Positions 23,144 through 35,990 of a DNA stretch of 64,000 bases are shown piece by piece. Below the pieces are notes generated by a model. It did not search any database. It was not told the origin of the DNA and was given only the letters and a program-made list of their open reading frames with translations. The translations under genes were made by a program, and so were the position numbers. How positions within the stretch are numbered: the first letter of the stretch is position 1; the number at the start of each line of letters is the position of its first letter. Origin of the DNA: Hyphochytrium catenoides (Eukaryota; Protista; Hyphochytriomycota); NCBI GenBank assembly GCA_900088475.1, contig FLMG01003379.1, positions 18,727 to 82,726 on the forward strand, read 5' to 3'.

Positions 23144-26100
23144 ATGCAGAACATCAACGTCCCAAGCGAGCTGGTAAGACTGGCCAGGGCATTTCTTGCA
23201 ATGCGCTGCACTGAAAGCGTGTTATGACAAACCTCTGCTTGTCTGCTGAACAGCCTTTGCTTCCAATAAAGGGAAGGGTCCTCTTCCCTGGGGGTCTGAT
23301 CAGACTCTCAATAGGTGGGTTCGGGGACAGTTTGCTCCAATCTCCGTTTCATGACTGATTCCGCCTTGCAGGCCGATCGAAGTCAGTAAAGCTTGTGGAA
23401 TCATCTATATGGGAAAACTATCAGCGAAGGAAAGTATCATTAGTAGGTAAGGAAACCTAATGCAGCAGCCAGATACACTCTCTCTTGGGTGGATGCTGAA
23501 AAGAAACCTGTGAAACAGCAATCTTCACTAAGAGGGAGGATTCGCATGAGCAGAATGATGGCTCTCAGCTTAATATACCAAAGCCAGCGACCGTTACGAT
23601 TGACAGTGGCACCACAGCAGTCTATGCGGTCGGTACTGCAGGCCGCGTAGTCCAGGTAATTGACAACTAGACATCGAAGCAACAGAAGGTAGTAGATGTC
23701 GGAAGGCAAGGGTGTGTTCGGCATAAGAGGTACAAAGCTATCAAGAGGAGCTAGGGTAAGCGGAACCAGGGGCAGATAATCTCCAGCACAGGACTTGTTT
23801 GAGGGCAGGCGTTCTTCACGCACCATATCATGTTATATGGACTTTCTCATTGGTCTTTCTCTGCTGCCTTTATGTCTTATAGCTTTCTCGGACATCGGGG
23901 GACCAAGGTTTCCACTTCTCAATATTGGTAGAGGGTATCAGCCGTATCAAGCTCCTCAGTACCGTCCAGCAAGAGCCGTACCACATTGTTAAGGTGTCTA
24001 GGATCAAGGATACACTGCCCTCCAACTCTGTTCACATCAAAGCCCTAACGCTTAGTCTTCGGGACAGTGTGAAATCTTTGCTGGACGCAGCCAAGGTCTG
24101 TTAGTCTTCTTCTCACCTTAGGGTCCAACTTCACTAAGTTTAGCGTCCTCCTGCACATCGAAAGTTGGCCTCATATATATATCCCCATTAGCGCTACCGT
24201 GGCTAGACTTCATTGCCCTTCTTAGCACTCACCAATTATCGGCGGCATGCATCCGCGCCTTCTATTGTCTCATTTAATGTGTCCCCCATCTCCCCCTGCA
24301 GACCAAGAATACTCAGATTGTCAGCCGCACCAAGGATATTCTTGATGCGATTGGCAAATCTTCACCAGGGGAGCTGACAGACCTGCTCGTTTCCAACCTG
24401 GACCTGTCAGTGGAGGAGAAGCAGGCAGTTCTGGAGTCGTCAGATCTCGGAAAGAAGATTGAACTTGCTCTAAGGTTGATCCAGGCGCAAATTGAAGTTC
24501 TTAGTGTGTCCAACAAGATCCAGACTCAGATCCAGGGTCAGATAAATGACACCAGAAAGGAATACTTCTTGAGACAACAGCTGAAGGTAAATCAAGGAGA
24601 TGGAGGAATATGAAAAGGGAGAAGAAGAGAGAATGGATCTGAGCACTAGGGTTCGTAAGTGGACTATACGTTTATCACAGCGAGGTAGGAAGTGCTCTCA
24701 GGCTCTCTATGTCCGGTTAGGCCATCAAAGAAGAGCTGGGAGAAGGAGCGGTTGAGAATGAGGACGACGACGTATCAAGGCTGGAAGAGAAGCTAGAGCG
24801 CTGTGGCCTGCCTAGTGATGTCAACAAAGTCACAACCAAGGAGCTACGTAGATTGCGCTCTATGCAGGTAAAATCCAGCTTGGAAGAGGAGCCTTGTTTC
24901 TATGCGTCCCGACCCTCTCATTGTCGCGTTATCGTTCGCTTAGCCAGCACAGCCAGAGTACAATGTAATTCGCACATACTTGGAGTGGATCTCCGATTTG
25001 CCATGGAGTTGCGAAAGTAGAGACCTGCTAGACATGGAGCGCGTACAGAGCCAGCTCGACCACGATCACTACGGTCTAGAGAAGGTAACAATTCGAACCC
25101 CTAGAGGGCAAGACGCGAGACGACTCCCAGTTTAGGGAATCGTGGTCTACGTGGAGGATGCGGTGCCATACCTATTTGGGTGGAACAGGATGGCATAGTG
25201 ATCCTCCAATCGTCATATCGCTTTGACACTCGTTTCACAATTCTCCTTCTTCTTACCAAAAGGTAAAGCAGCGGATCGTCGAGTACATCGCGGTTCGCCG
25301 CCTAACGGCATCAATGAAAGGCCCGATCCTCTGCCTGGTGGGACCACCAGGTGTGGGAAAGACCTCGTTAGGAAAGTCTATTGCCACAGCTATCGGGAGG
25401 AATTTTCAGGTACAGTTCAAACTTGATCTCAATCTAGGCACGTTCTCTTCTTCCGCACTATCATGCTATTGGAGGACTCTCGTCTTTTGTCTTTTACACT
25501 ATGGTACTTGAAAATGATCAGAGAACGTTGAGACTTGGTTTGTGTCACTAGAGGACTCCTTTCTCCTTATTATGTACTTGTACGTACGCCTGCAAAAACT
25601 AGACATCTGCTGAATGAGCTTTGTTGTAGAGGATCTCGCTGGGAGGAGTGCACGATGAATCAGAGATCAGAGGCCATCGACGGACTTATGTCGGCGCGCT
25701 GCCCGGAAAGATTCTTCACGCGTTGAAGCGTGCTGGAAGCAAGAACCCTGTCTTGCTCCTAGATGAAGTAGGCCTCCTGCCCTCTGACTTTGACCTTTAT
25801 GCAGGGTAGTGACGTCGTCCCGGCATGGCCTCCAACACGATCAATATTCTCATACTCAGTAGCCCACTTCCGTCCCTAGAAGTCCCATTAATCTTCAGCT
25901 GAACTGTGGGTCCTAATGTACCTGTTTCATATGGCAGATTGACAAGGTCTCGTCCGGTGGTCGGGGTGATCCTTCGTCTGCTCTACTGGAGGTGCTTGAC
26001 CCATCACAGAACGACACCTTCTCGGATCACTACCTAGCCCTTCCATTCGACCTCTCACGCGTGATGTTTATAGCCACGGCAAATACTCTGGACACTATAC

Positions 26101-28731
26101 ATCCCGCGCTGTTGGATAGGTGAGAATGCGTTTAGATCCGATTTTGATGTCATGACGGACTCAGCCGTCTTTCGGATGGCTCATCGGTATATTGCTATGG
26201 ATGACTTTAGAACGTTTAGATGGTCTGGGTTCCTGCTTTTGGTGATCAAGTCTAGTAATCTTCTCTTGCCATTGCGGACCACTTGTCTCTTCTCTCTTTA
26301 CCCTTAGATATCGTCATGAGGGTCCTCCGCCTGCGTCGGACGCTATCTGCTTGGCGTGGACTTCCTCTCCTCTGCTAACCTTCCTCTTGGCTTTATAAAC
26401 AGAATGGAAGTGATAAATATTCCAGGCTACACAATGGACGAGAAGGTCAACATTGCCCGGAAATATCTTCTGCCAAGACAGGTCAAGCTAAATGGGCTTA
26501 GGGAAGAGGAGTTGGAGATGGATGATAACTGCATCCGCCTCCTCATCTCAAGGTGGTCATTAACCTCAAGCAGTCCTGAGTTCAACTTGTTGTTACATTC
26601 TCATTTAGCCGTAAAGGTCTGAGAGTTCTTGGACTTAAAAAGTGTGCAAGGGTTGACGACACTTGTTTGCTCTTACGGCCCGTCCGCCTAGTTACACGCG
26701 AGAGGCTGGAGTTAGAAATCTTGAAAGGGAAATAGCTGCCATATGCCGATATGCAGCGGTTAAAGTGGTAGAGAAGCTTCCGCAGCCCTTCTCGGCCGAA
26801 CCAGGTAACCAGTACCACCTCTGAGCTTTGGTTCCTAGGTTTAGCCTATCTGTAGCCGGCCTTTGGATTTTCCCAAAGCTCTGGCATCTGCTGGTATCCT
26901 CCTCTGGTCTCAATTCTAGATGGCTAAGGCACTGAGCAGGTGTTGTTGAGGCCAAAGCCACCGAAAGTAAAGTGCCAGAGGAGATCGAGACCAAGGACAA
27001 ATGCAGGTAGGGATCAAGAAGATGAAGGGGGAAGAGGACGTATTATTGAATGAAAAGGGAGGTAGAGTTTGAGGAAGCGCTCAGGCACGGGCCCTAGTCA
27101 AAGAGAGAGATGTGTCCAATCAATGAGAGTTTAACTAACTTCCACCAACTACACTATAGCCCTCATCCGGCTCAGGATAGAGAATTTCAGTTCCGCACGG
27201 TAGTAGACAAGGCACTCATGGAGGAGATTCTAGGCTCGGAGAGATATACAGGAGAAGTGGCGCTCAGGGTGGCCACTCCAGGGGTAAGATTTACTTTACG
27301 AGTAATGGGCAGAGATAAACAAGAATAGCAGGAAGGGGCTTGAGAAGGGCTGTGAAGAGGTCGCGGAGCAAGGGAATTGCGTCTTCTTGCACGGATGAAT
27401 GGGAGGTTTTGGCGGTAGGATGCAGTGTCATCAGGTGTCTCTGAGAGCGTAACGAGGTTGCGAACGACCTGTTAGTGAGTGATAGGTGTTTCAGATGAAT
27501 AATGAGAGGCTAACTGCCGGATAGAGGCCTAGAGGTTCAAGACTGAACGTTTTCGAATAGGTTGCTACAGGTCTAGCATGGACCCCTACCGGGGGAGAGA
27601 TCCTCTTCGTTGAAGCTACCCGAATGGCAGGCAGCGGCCAGTTGAAGTTAACAGGGAAGCTGGGCGAGGTGATGAAGGAGTCCGCAAATCTGGTGCTGAG
27701 TTGGATCAGGTAGGCATTGTTAAGGTACCTGATTGCCTCGTGTTAGCCTTATCCTAAAGTACTCTTCTTGCTTGTATAGGAGCAATCCCAAATTGATAGC
27801 TCTTGCAATGGGGCTGGAGAGCGACGATGTGAATCCTTTTGACTACGACTCGCACTTTGACCTTCACCTACATTTTCCAGCGGGGGCAGTCCCTAAAGAT
27901 GGGCCGAGTGCAGGATTGGCCATTGTGATGGCACTTCTTTCGCTGCTCTCTTCCATCTCGGTGCCAGGAGATGTCGCTATGACAGGAGAAGTATCACTTC
28001 GAGGCCTAGTATTACCCGTTGGAGGTGAGTTGGCCTTTAACACCTCCATTTATGACTAGACCACTGAATGCCAGTGCAAGTCCAGAAGCACCTATCCTGG
28101 TGCTGCTCTTTTTGCCTGTTGACTACTATTTGCTCATAGTGTCTTTCTCCCACAGGTATCAAAGAAAAAGTTTTGGGTGCGCATAGGGCAGGGATCAAGC
28201 GGGTGGTGCTCCCTAGAAGGAATAACCGAGATGTGACGGATTTGCCGAAAGAGATAAGGAAAGATATCGAGTTTGTCCTCGTGTCCAATGTAAGCAAACT
28301 AAAAGAGTTTATGACACCTCTATAGAGGCCGCCGGAGGTTGGATAACAAATGGACTTAGGGGTACTGAACTCTTGCAATGCGTTCAATGGATTTACGTAC
28401 ACGTCTGTCACACTTTGTTTCCCATCTGCTGGGCAGTCGCATTGCCTCAGTCCTGATGTTTTATTTTGCTTCAACGCTTAATATAGGTCTTCGAGGCCAT
28501 AAGCGCAGTCTTTGCGGGAAAGACTGTTGTACCTGAGTTTCCTTCAAATCCAAAGGATGGACCAGGGTAAGGCTTCTTCTTTCGACACCTTAGCAGTGCT
28601 GAGCTGACGTTATATCTCGTCGTATGTCTCGTGGTGTCGCATCCAGTGCTGTAAATAACCAGGAGTCGTCACGACTCAATTGCCAAAAAAGCGAAGACCA
28701 AGTGGGTCCCATCCTTATCAGCTTTCTTTGA
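23144..28731 (+). CDS. LONP2: ATP-dependent Lon protease, peroxisomal type (LonP2-like), many exons
   Basis: Starts directly in the LON-N domain ([10 protein letters not shown]|[14 protein letters not shown]) with no mitochondrial presequence. Walker A GPPGVGKT, Walker B LLLDE|[35 protein letters not shown] (catalytic Ser), PVG|GIKEK (catalytic Lys); ends ILISFL*. Confidence 0.93.
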
Positions 28732-29063
28732 GAGCTGTGCCACTACGAACTGTCCTATCCACTTCTCTTGCCTTATCTCTCTCAGTGACAACTGTAAGCT
28801 CCGTTAAAAGGACACCATTACCGGCGGCACAAGCACATGTCCACTTTTAGCTAAAAAATATGTATATATACAAGCCTTGTGCTGGAATTCAGGGAAGAAC
28901 AGTGCTTGTCTTCTAATTGTATATGTTTGGAAGTTGTCCCCTTCTGTCCTTGGCGTCCTTCCTTGCACTGTAAGCGTCCTCTGTCTATGCGCCAGGAGTG
29001 GTAGTAGAATTGGGACAAAGGAAAAAACAGACGCCTCCCTGCCTCTGCTGGTCATCTCTCCTG

Positions 29064-32000
29064 TTAACTCTGTCTTTGCTGCATCTTTAACTTGAGTTGT
29101 TGAGCAGCGCTAGTTTGTCCCTTGTTTGCTTCACCTCTTCCTCCTCCTCTGCCATAGCCAGCACCTCCCTGAGCCCTCCCAGCGTTAGCATTCCGAGCGA
29201 ACTTGTTCGCTCCATTTGCCTTGTTGACAGTGACAGGCCCAGCACTAGCTCCCGGCCTCATCGCTATCATTCCTTTAGAATTGGTGATCACAGATGCCGC
29301 CTTTGCCTGCTCTCTCTGCTTTAAAATAGCCGTAGAGTTCAATGTTGAAGGGGTGGATGGGAGGGGGGATGGCGTAGTTGAAAGCTGACCTCCAATCGAT
29401 GAAGAGCGAAGTGGTGAGGGCGCGGCGATGGGTTGCAAGGCTCGAAGGCGTGCCTCCTCTCTTCTTCTCCTATTGGCTACTTCTGCAATGTCCGAAGGCA
29501 AGGCCACGACGGCTTCGCGTTGTCTTAAATTCATTTGCTGAGATAGGTTGCCCACCGTGTTGCCCTTTCAAAGAACAGAGCCGGCCAAAGTAAAAAAGGA
29601 GAGCACGTTAGAAAATCACTTGGCAGGACCTCGATCTCAGGCGGTAAGCGGCAAGGGATACAACCCAAGATAGTGGCCAAAGGAACAAACCCTGGGGCCA
29701 CAGACATCTTTCAGCCACAACGGACCTAAGACGTAAACAAAGAGTGTGCAAGAATTGAGTGCCCTAAGCAAGGGGTAGGAGGGGAACCGAAAGCTATGGC
29801 GTTCAAGGTCGCTTTAATCCCTACCGCTTTATGTGGAATATTCTGTTGAGGGATCACCCTGATGGTGCTCGCTTGCTTCACAGCATTAAACTTGGCACAG
29901 AAGGCCAAAGCAGCCTTCCAGAAGGCGATGCTGAAAGAGACACACGGAAGTAATGAACGACGTCAGAGGAGCTATGGGGCTAACGGTAAGACACCTTGAT
30001 TGGGGCGAGTAACGAAAGAAAATAAAGAACAGAAGGCGGAAGGACGTCCAGTCCGCCAGGTACAGCTGATCGGAAGCTGTCGTCACAGCTACGGCAAAGC
30101 GGGATTGAAGTTACTTACCTCAGCTTTGAGACTAAGCGATTGTTAAGCACAGTTGTCTGGGTGACCGTCTCAATGTTCTCCCTGCCTGACACATCAGGGA
30201 CACCTGATGGAGTTGGTTGGGCGTCTAGGGTCTGGAGAATAGCAGCGAATTGACTTGCGCCGAGCAAATCGGGTGGCTCTTCTGTCAACAAACTGTTGAG
30301 GACATCTAGAAAAACAACGAGGAGGAGTGGTAAGGTCAGCAATGTTCGTCTCAAACAGAGTGACTTTCTATGCCCGCCCTTCCCAGTGTAAATTGAGCCA
30401 GAGGGTTACCTACCATAGCTTCTAAGTGGATCAGCCACAGCTAAAGCGTCAGCGGTGTTATCAGAGGTGGAGGCCGGCAGACCGAGAGAGAGGCTTTCCA
30501 AAATGGCCGTTGTGGCCGGGTCTTCCTTGGCTTCGCCAACCGCTCCCGCGGGAGATAGAAGACTTGAAGACACCACTTGAGCGAGAGAGCCGTCAGGAAA
30601 AGCACTGTTCAGGAGCTGCGTTACTGGGTCAAAATCGCTCTCTGTATCTCCATGACGAGGCCCCTCCTTGCCATTGAGACCTTTAGAAGCAACTGCTGGT
30701 GGTGTCTTTGCAGCATTAGAATACTTCGGGTTCTGAAGAGGAGACCTTGCTCCTTTTGGAGCTGATGCAGTGGGCGTGGATTGAGCCCTTTCTGCAAGGA
30801 TTGGTGTCTTGGTACCTGCAGGTAGAATGAACACGAGAGATTTTCGAGTTTTAGTAAACACTCAGGTTATGGGGCGTAAACCAGATAGATCGCTGCCATC
30901 GCCACAGACGAAGTGTAGATGCCGCGGTGAGGAGAAAAGCGACATTCACCAAAGGCTTTCGACAACGGGGACAGCAGTAGGACAGAACTCAAAAGAACAG
31001 AGGGAAAAGAAATGTGTTTAGCTGTCGGACCTTTAGCGCTAAGCTTGGCTGCCTTTTTAGCCTGCTCTGCCAATGCAGCCCGAGCGGCTGCTGGTGATAG
31101 TCCTTGCTTACCCGACACAGGAACAGATGCCTTCCCAGTCTCCTCTTCCATAGATTGCCCTCGTCCTTTTTTCCTCGCTCCTGCATTAGGTACGGAAGGT
31201 ACAGCAGCCTGAGCCTGTTGAGTAGCTGCAGCTGCTCTAGTTAAGATAGCCGACATAGGAGATTCATGGCTCCTATATCGGCTTAAAGTGTTTGCTAGGG
31301 CAAACTTGCTCTGGAGCTTGTTACAGTTGATCACTGTGGTGGCGACAAACACTTCAGGATTTGGATCCAAGCACAAGTCTTCCGCCTGATATAGGGCACG
31401 CAAGAGCTTCTCTTCCGCTAACGGGAGGACCGTAGATAGATCAATTTCCTTAGACTTAGGGTCAGCTTGTCTCTGATGCACAGCTAGATTAAGAGATCGA
31501 GCAAAGGATTCGTTGGTCGGTTGGAGGAGAACGCGACGAACTATTGCTCCTTCTTCATGGGCGCTTCCTGAGCCTGCCACAGCAGGGGTGTGACGTAGGT
31601 CCTGGAGCTCAACAATAACGTTCCCATCATAGAAGACGCAGGGTGCCTTATAACACCCAGCGCAAACACGTGACAAGAGAGAAAGTTAGGCCAATGGCGC
31701 TTCCTCTCAGATGCATGCCAGGCTTGACCAAAAAATAGACAGGACTCCCGGGAAAAAAACAGGCACACGCTTAAGGGTAATGACAGAAACGATCAGATGC
31801 GGACAAGAGACATCCTAAGTGGGCTGTCCCAATGTAACAGAAGCAATTAAGTGTATTTGCAGAGTCTTCGAAGGCGTCACTGACCAGCTCCAGTAGTTCG
31901 TAAGGAATCAGACCAAGGTCAATCATACGTAAGAACTCCCTGAACACAAGTTGGACATTAGACTGGCGAAGGGGACTAGGGTGGCTCTCAGAGTTACGCG

Positions 32001-33347
32001 TGTCCTGCGCCAGAAACTTATAATCCACCAAACGTGAGCCATCTATAGAGGGACCAGTACTGACAAGGAGCGGATGGGATGGGACGAGACGACATTCTCG
32101 TCCCTGGAAAACCCATACAATGCCAATAGACAAACCCTGAAGCACTTCTAGCCAGACCCCCGATGCCCTAGCGGGCCCGTACCTAGTTGTTCTGTCATAG
32201 ATTCTGGCTGACCCCTCATGATAATTGTTTGCGAGACTTCGAACAACGAAAGCGTCTCGATAAAGTAGAATTGTAAGGGACGGTTTGAGCCCTACCATCC
32301 GATCTAGGACGGGAGTACTTTTAGGGTTATCACCAGCGTCCTACCATACCAGATAGGGAAAGAAGGCAGCAGGGAGAGGTTAGCGTCAATGGCTTGTGAT
32401 GATAGGCTTTCGGGATCTAACTAACGAAAGGCGGAAAGAGCAATAGAATTAGCGAGAAAGCCGTGGGTAAGGTCTATTAGAGGCACACCAACTAGCCATT
32501 TTTGTGAGTCCACTCGTAGCGGACTAGAGGGAAGGGGAAGCCAGGCAGGCTGAGAGGGCAGTAGGACAGGGAAAGAGAGCGGAAAAGAGCGACTTCTGAG
32601 GAACATCTCTTTGAGGTTTAGGAAGCTGAAAGGTAATGCATGGCCTACCTCTTCTATCAGCACTCTAGCAATATTCTCATCCAGACTTCTTGGCAGACTA
32701 GAGGCGAGTTTCGCATAGGGATGGAGCCCTTCCATCTCTACTCTGAGTATCTCTCCTATGCCACGATTGGAGTCTGAATGACGGGAACGCGGATTAAGTG
32801 CTTGTACCGCCCTCTCCTGTCCCGCTCTTACTATTCGAAGGAGCTCAGCATCTTCATGGGTTCGCAGGAGCTTAGCATCTAAATCTTCTGTCTTTTCCCC
32901 GTTGTCCTCCTCCTTCTTGTTTTCAAGTTGAGCAGACTGAAGGACGCGCCATTCCGGACGCGCAATTGTCTCCTCCCTGCTCGTCGAGTGGCTCTTCAAT
33001 TTCTTTATCACAGGCCCTGGTTGTAGAGTTCGGGGCCTTTGAGGGTGCAATCTCCGCTTCTTCGTCAATATCTTTGAGATGCTAAAAGCTAACTTCTCCG
33101 CATCCTGGTAAAGAAGGTATTAGTCTTCAGGTCAGATTGGGTCTGCATAAGTAATTCCTCTTTCTATTGGCCTAGCGCTATTTCCCCCTTCAGGTTATGT
33201 CATTGGACAAGCTAGTCCCATCGTAAACCACTTAACGCTTGTACTTACGGGTTTTGCTAGATGACCCAACCGTTCTTCCTTTCCTTCCCTTGCTTGGGAT
33301 ACGGGGACCCAGGCACTCCGCGGCGCCGCGGTGTCGCTTGAGGTCAT
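29064..33347 (-). CDS. SPT20: Spt20-like (SAGA complex) protein with low-complexity C-terminus, multi-exon
   Basis: PSLTILLYRDAF; FLRMIDLGLIPYELLEL; FYDGNVIVELQDLR; VRRVLLQPTNESF; EEKLLRAL...LCLDPNPEV match the Spt20 SEP-domain pattern. Phase-consistent exons from MTSSDTAA (33347) to ..MQQRQS*. Confidence 0.8.
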
Positions 33348-33647
33348 GCTTGCCGAGTTTCTGTCAGTAAACCTCCTCTGGTGTGAGCTCTTCCTCTACA
33401 ATTCACGTTAAAGTAGCCTTCTAAACTCCCGTTGGCAGAGATGCAGCCAATCGCCCAGGGCCCGAAGGCTGGCATCTTAACCTCGCTCAATGTTTCGTTG
33501 ATCGGTCGACAAATATTTTTGTGCTTCTAATCTCTAGGCAGGCACTGAGAAAAGCATCAGGTGGAGGTGTCACCTCATCTCGAGATCTCTAATAAAGCTT
33601 GCTCCACTCCGCGCGATGTCAAGCTTGCAAGTCATGGACTCTAGTCA

Positions 33648-35418
33648 ATGCTTCTGGGTCAGTCGCTACCCCTGAAACAAAGAGCTAAGTCTGCTCTTGC
33701 CCTGCAGACCAGCCCCACAACTCGGACAACTATTCCTTTGGTCAAAGCTTGTATGGACTTGTTGTCCGTGCTGCTGCTGCTTGTGATGATGCGCGGAAGA
33801 AGTGATTGCGATCAGCAGCTACAGCAGCATTTCGAGTTCTGGTTATCGCAACTGCTTCACCAAAGAATCAATTGTATGATAAACTGAAGCTGTTCAATAA
33901 CCTCCCAAAAGGGGTAACCCTCCCAGTCACGCGCCGCCTCACCAAACTTTGATGGACGCTGATATCTATGGATAAGTTCACGGTGAGTACCTCCTCATCA
34001 CTATACACCCGGCCTCAGACTGTGTATCTCCTAGGAGACGCGAGTTAAGCTGATCTGTGCTTCTCTTCAGAACACCGGAAACTCTTCATCATCAGGCAAC
34101 AAAGTATAAAGGGAATGTAAAGACACTACTTTCTAACTACTCCGTAGATAATAACAGCTCTCTGTCACTGCTGTTCTGCTCTGTGACATCATATCCATGA
34201 CGATCCAGATTTTTGAGGAGATAGTGCCCTGTTCCGCATACGATATCACGGTGATACTGCTCAATACTACGCGCTATCGCGAGACGGGGGACGGAGGCTG
34301 GATGTTCCACCCGATGGGACGAAAGCAGTTTAGCAAATATGCGTTGAAGCTCCATACTTTGTGTAGGCCTCGTCGAATCTCTGGAGCTAACTAACTGAGC
34401 TCTATACCGTTAACTGAGTACAACTGATGGTCAGAACATACTACTATAGAATAGACAGCACCGCCAAAGAGATAGGAAGTAGTGCTTCACGGAGTTGAGC
34501 CACAGGTGTCCATATTGTACCTCATTTTGTTGCTACTAGTGGCGTCACGGAAACATTGACGTGCTGGACTCCGTCAGTGCAGCCTGCTGCGCGAGCCCAT
34601 GCTATCCTAATCTTCTTCTGGCACCCTTGGAAAGGGCTTCCAATCATGTGAGTTCCGCGTCGGCGCTTTCCAGACCGAAGAAAAGCGTTATTCTGGAGAG
34701 GTGTCTGAACGACAGGCTCAATTATTGTCATAAGTAAAGCACCCCACCACTACCAGAATCATTCTTCTTCTTCTTTTCTTATCTGGTAGAGTTATCGAAG
34801 CAACCGTGAGAGATAAAGCAAACTTTTCAAGTCATGAGTCATGAGCATTAGCGGTCTGCTGCCCGTGTTGGCATCAAGCCCTGTGTCACCCTCGAATATT
34901 TCTAGTTGATGGTCTGTTTTGAGAAGTAGTCTCCGTACTGCCTGTTACGGGTTTATGATCTACGACTAGCAAAAGGAGGAAGGCTCCTCTTACCTCCTCA
35001 ACTCATGAGTAGAGGATTTCTTGTCCCTAGCAGCATGCGTTCCGCTCGGGAAAGTAACTCCATTATCAAGAGTAGCCAATAGAGCATGAGTGGCCTTCTG
35101 AAAAGTGAATGACCTGGTTTCTGCTTGAAAGCAAACAGCGTCGATCTACTGGGTTGGCTGGTATTGACATGAGGTAGATGAATTTCAGAATGAGGCCCAT
35201 AGCGAACCAGGTTTCCGTCGTTAGCCATAGAAAGGGACTGGAAGAATCAAATGAAACTGGTAGCCGGGCAGACATCAGGAGACAACGACGAACAATGCGT
35301 GCGTGGTCTGCGATGTGACTCCTCCCCGTTTGATGCAAGATTCTGCAAATCAATAAGCCTTGCCTTCTACTTGACAGGGCAAAGAAATACTTCTTTGCTG
35401 CTCTTACCTGCTGCTCAT
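33648..35418. other. Unresolved region with splice signals and broken or short reading frames (orphan gene, pseudogene or lncRNA)
   Basis: Intron-like segments on both strands. A two-exon 95-aa ORF is possible on - (35418-35408 + 35342-35066). A + strand chain is interrupted only by TGA codons. No family recognised. Confidence 0.3.
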
Positions 35419-35990
35419 CACATCAGGAGAAGTAGAGAGATTGTCAAGCGTCAGGTTAAGCAAGTTCAGTCGCTGATGATGCCTTTCAGTTGTCTTTGAT
35501 GATTGAGCTTGGCAAAGCGAGGTGAGTGTGAGTGTGGAAGAGTGATGGAAGGTTTACGAGATGATAGCTGTACGAGGCAATGATGAACATCCTCTGAGCG
35601 TTAGCGGCTCTCCAAGAGTCGTAGTAAGACAGCTGAGATTTGCTCGTCTTTGTTATCTTTCCCCGGATTCTGATCTGAGAGCGTAATACGCCCGCCTGGC
35701 AAGAGCTGCAATAGCTCCTTCAACGCTCAAAACATCAACCAAAGACGATGAACTTTCTAGCCTTCGCCTGATTCCCATCCAGAGCACGCAGAACGAAGGT
35801 GGATGGCAGCATTCTGCCCGTCATAGTCGAACTGCGGAAGGCGACATCCATAGTGGACCGTGTGGAAGGCTGGGATATCGGTGACTTCAGCGACATGGCG
35901 TGGGGGTAGTCAGCCAGATCCAGAAGTCTGTTAGTGTGGAGTGGACATCGCTGCGAGGTTAGGGCTGATAGTCCACGACGTATTAGCACC

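Noticed and set aside
26150-26205. Small hairpin with ATGA..GAT as a SECIS or riboswitch
   Set aside because: Intronic, no apical AA at the right spacing, and no TPP riboswitch core motifs.
34955-35020. SECIS-like ATGA-N12-AAAA..GA downstream of the TGA-interrupted frame
   Set aside because: Helix II pairing is poor and out of register with the quartet. Not supportable without a covariance model.
35575-35640. Possible C/D-box snoRNA (ATGATGA..CTGA..CTGA)
   Set aside because: Short, and no identifiable guide sequence.
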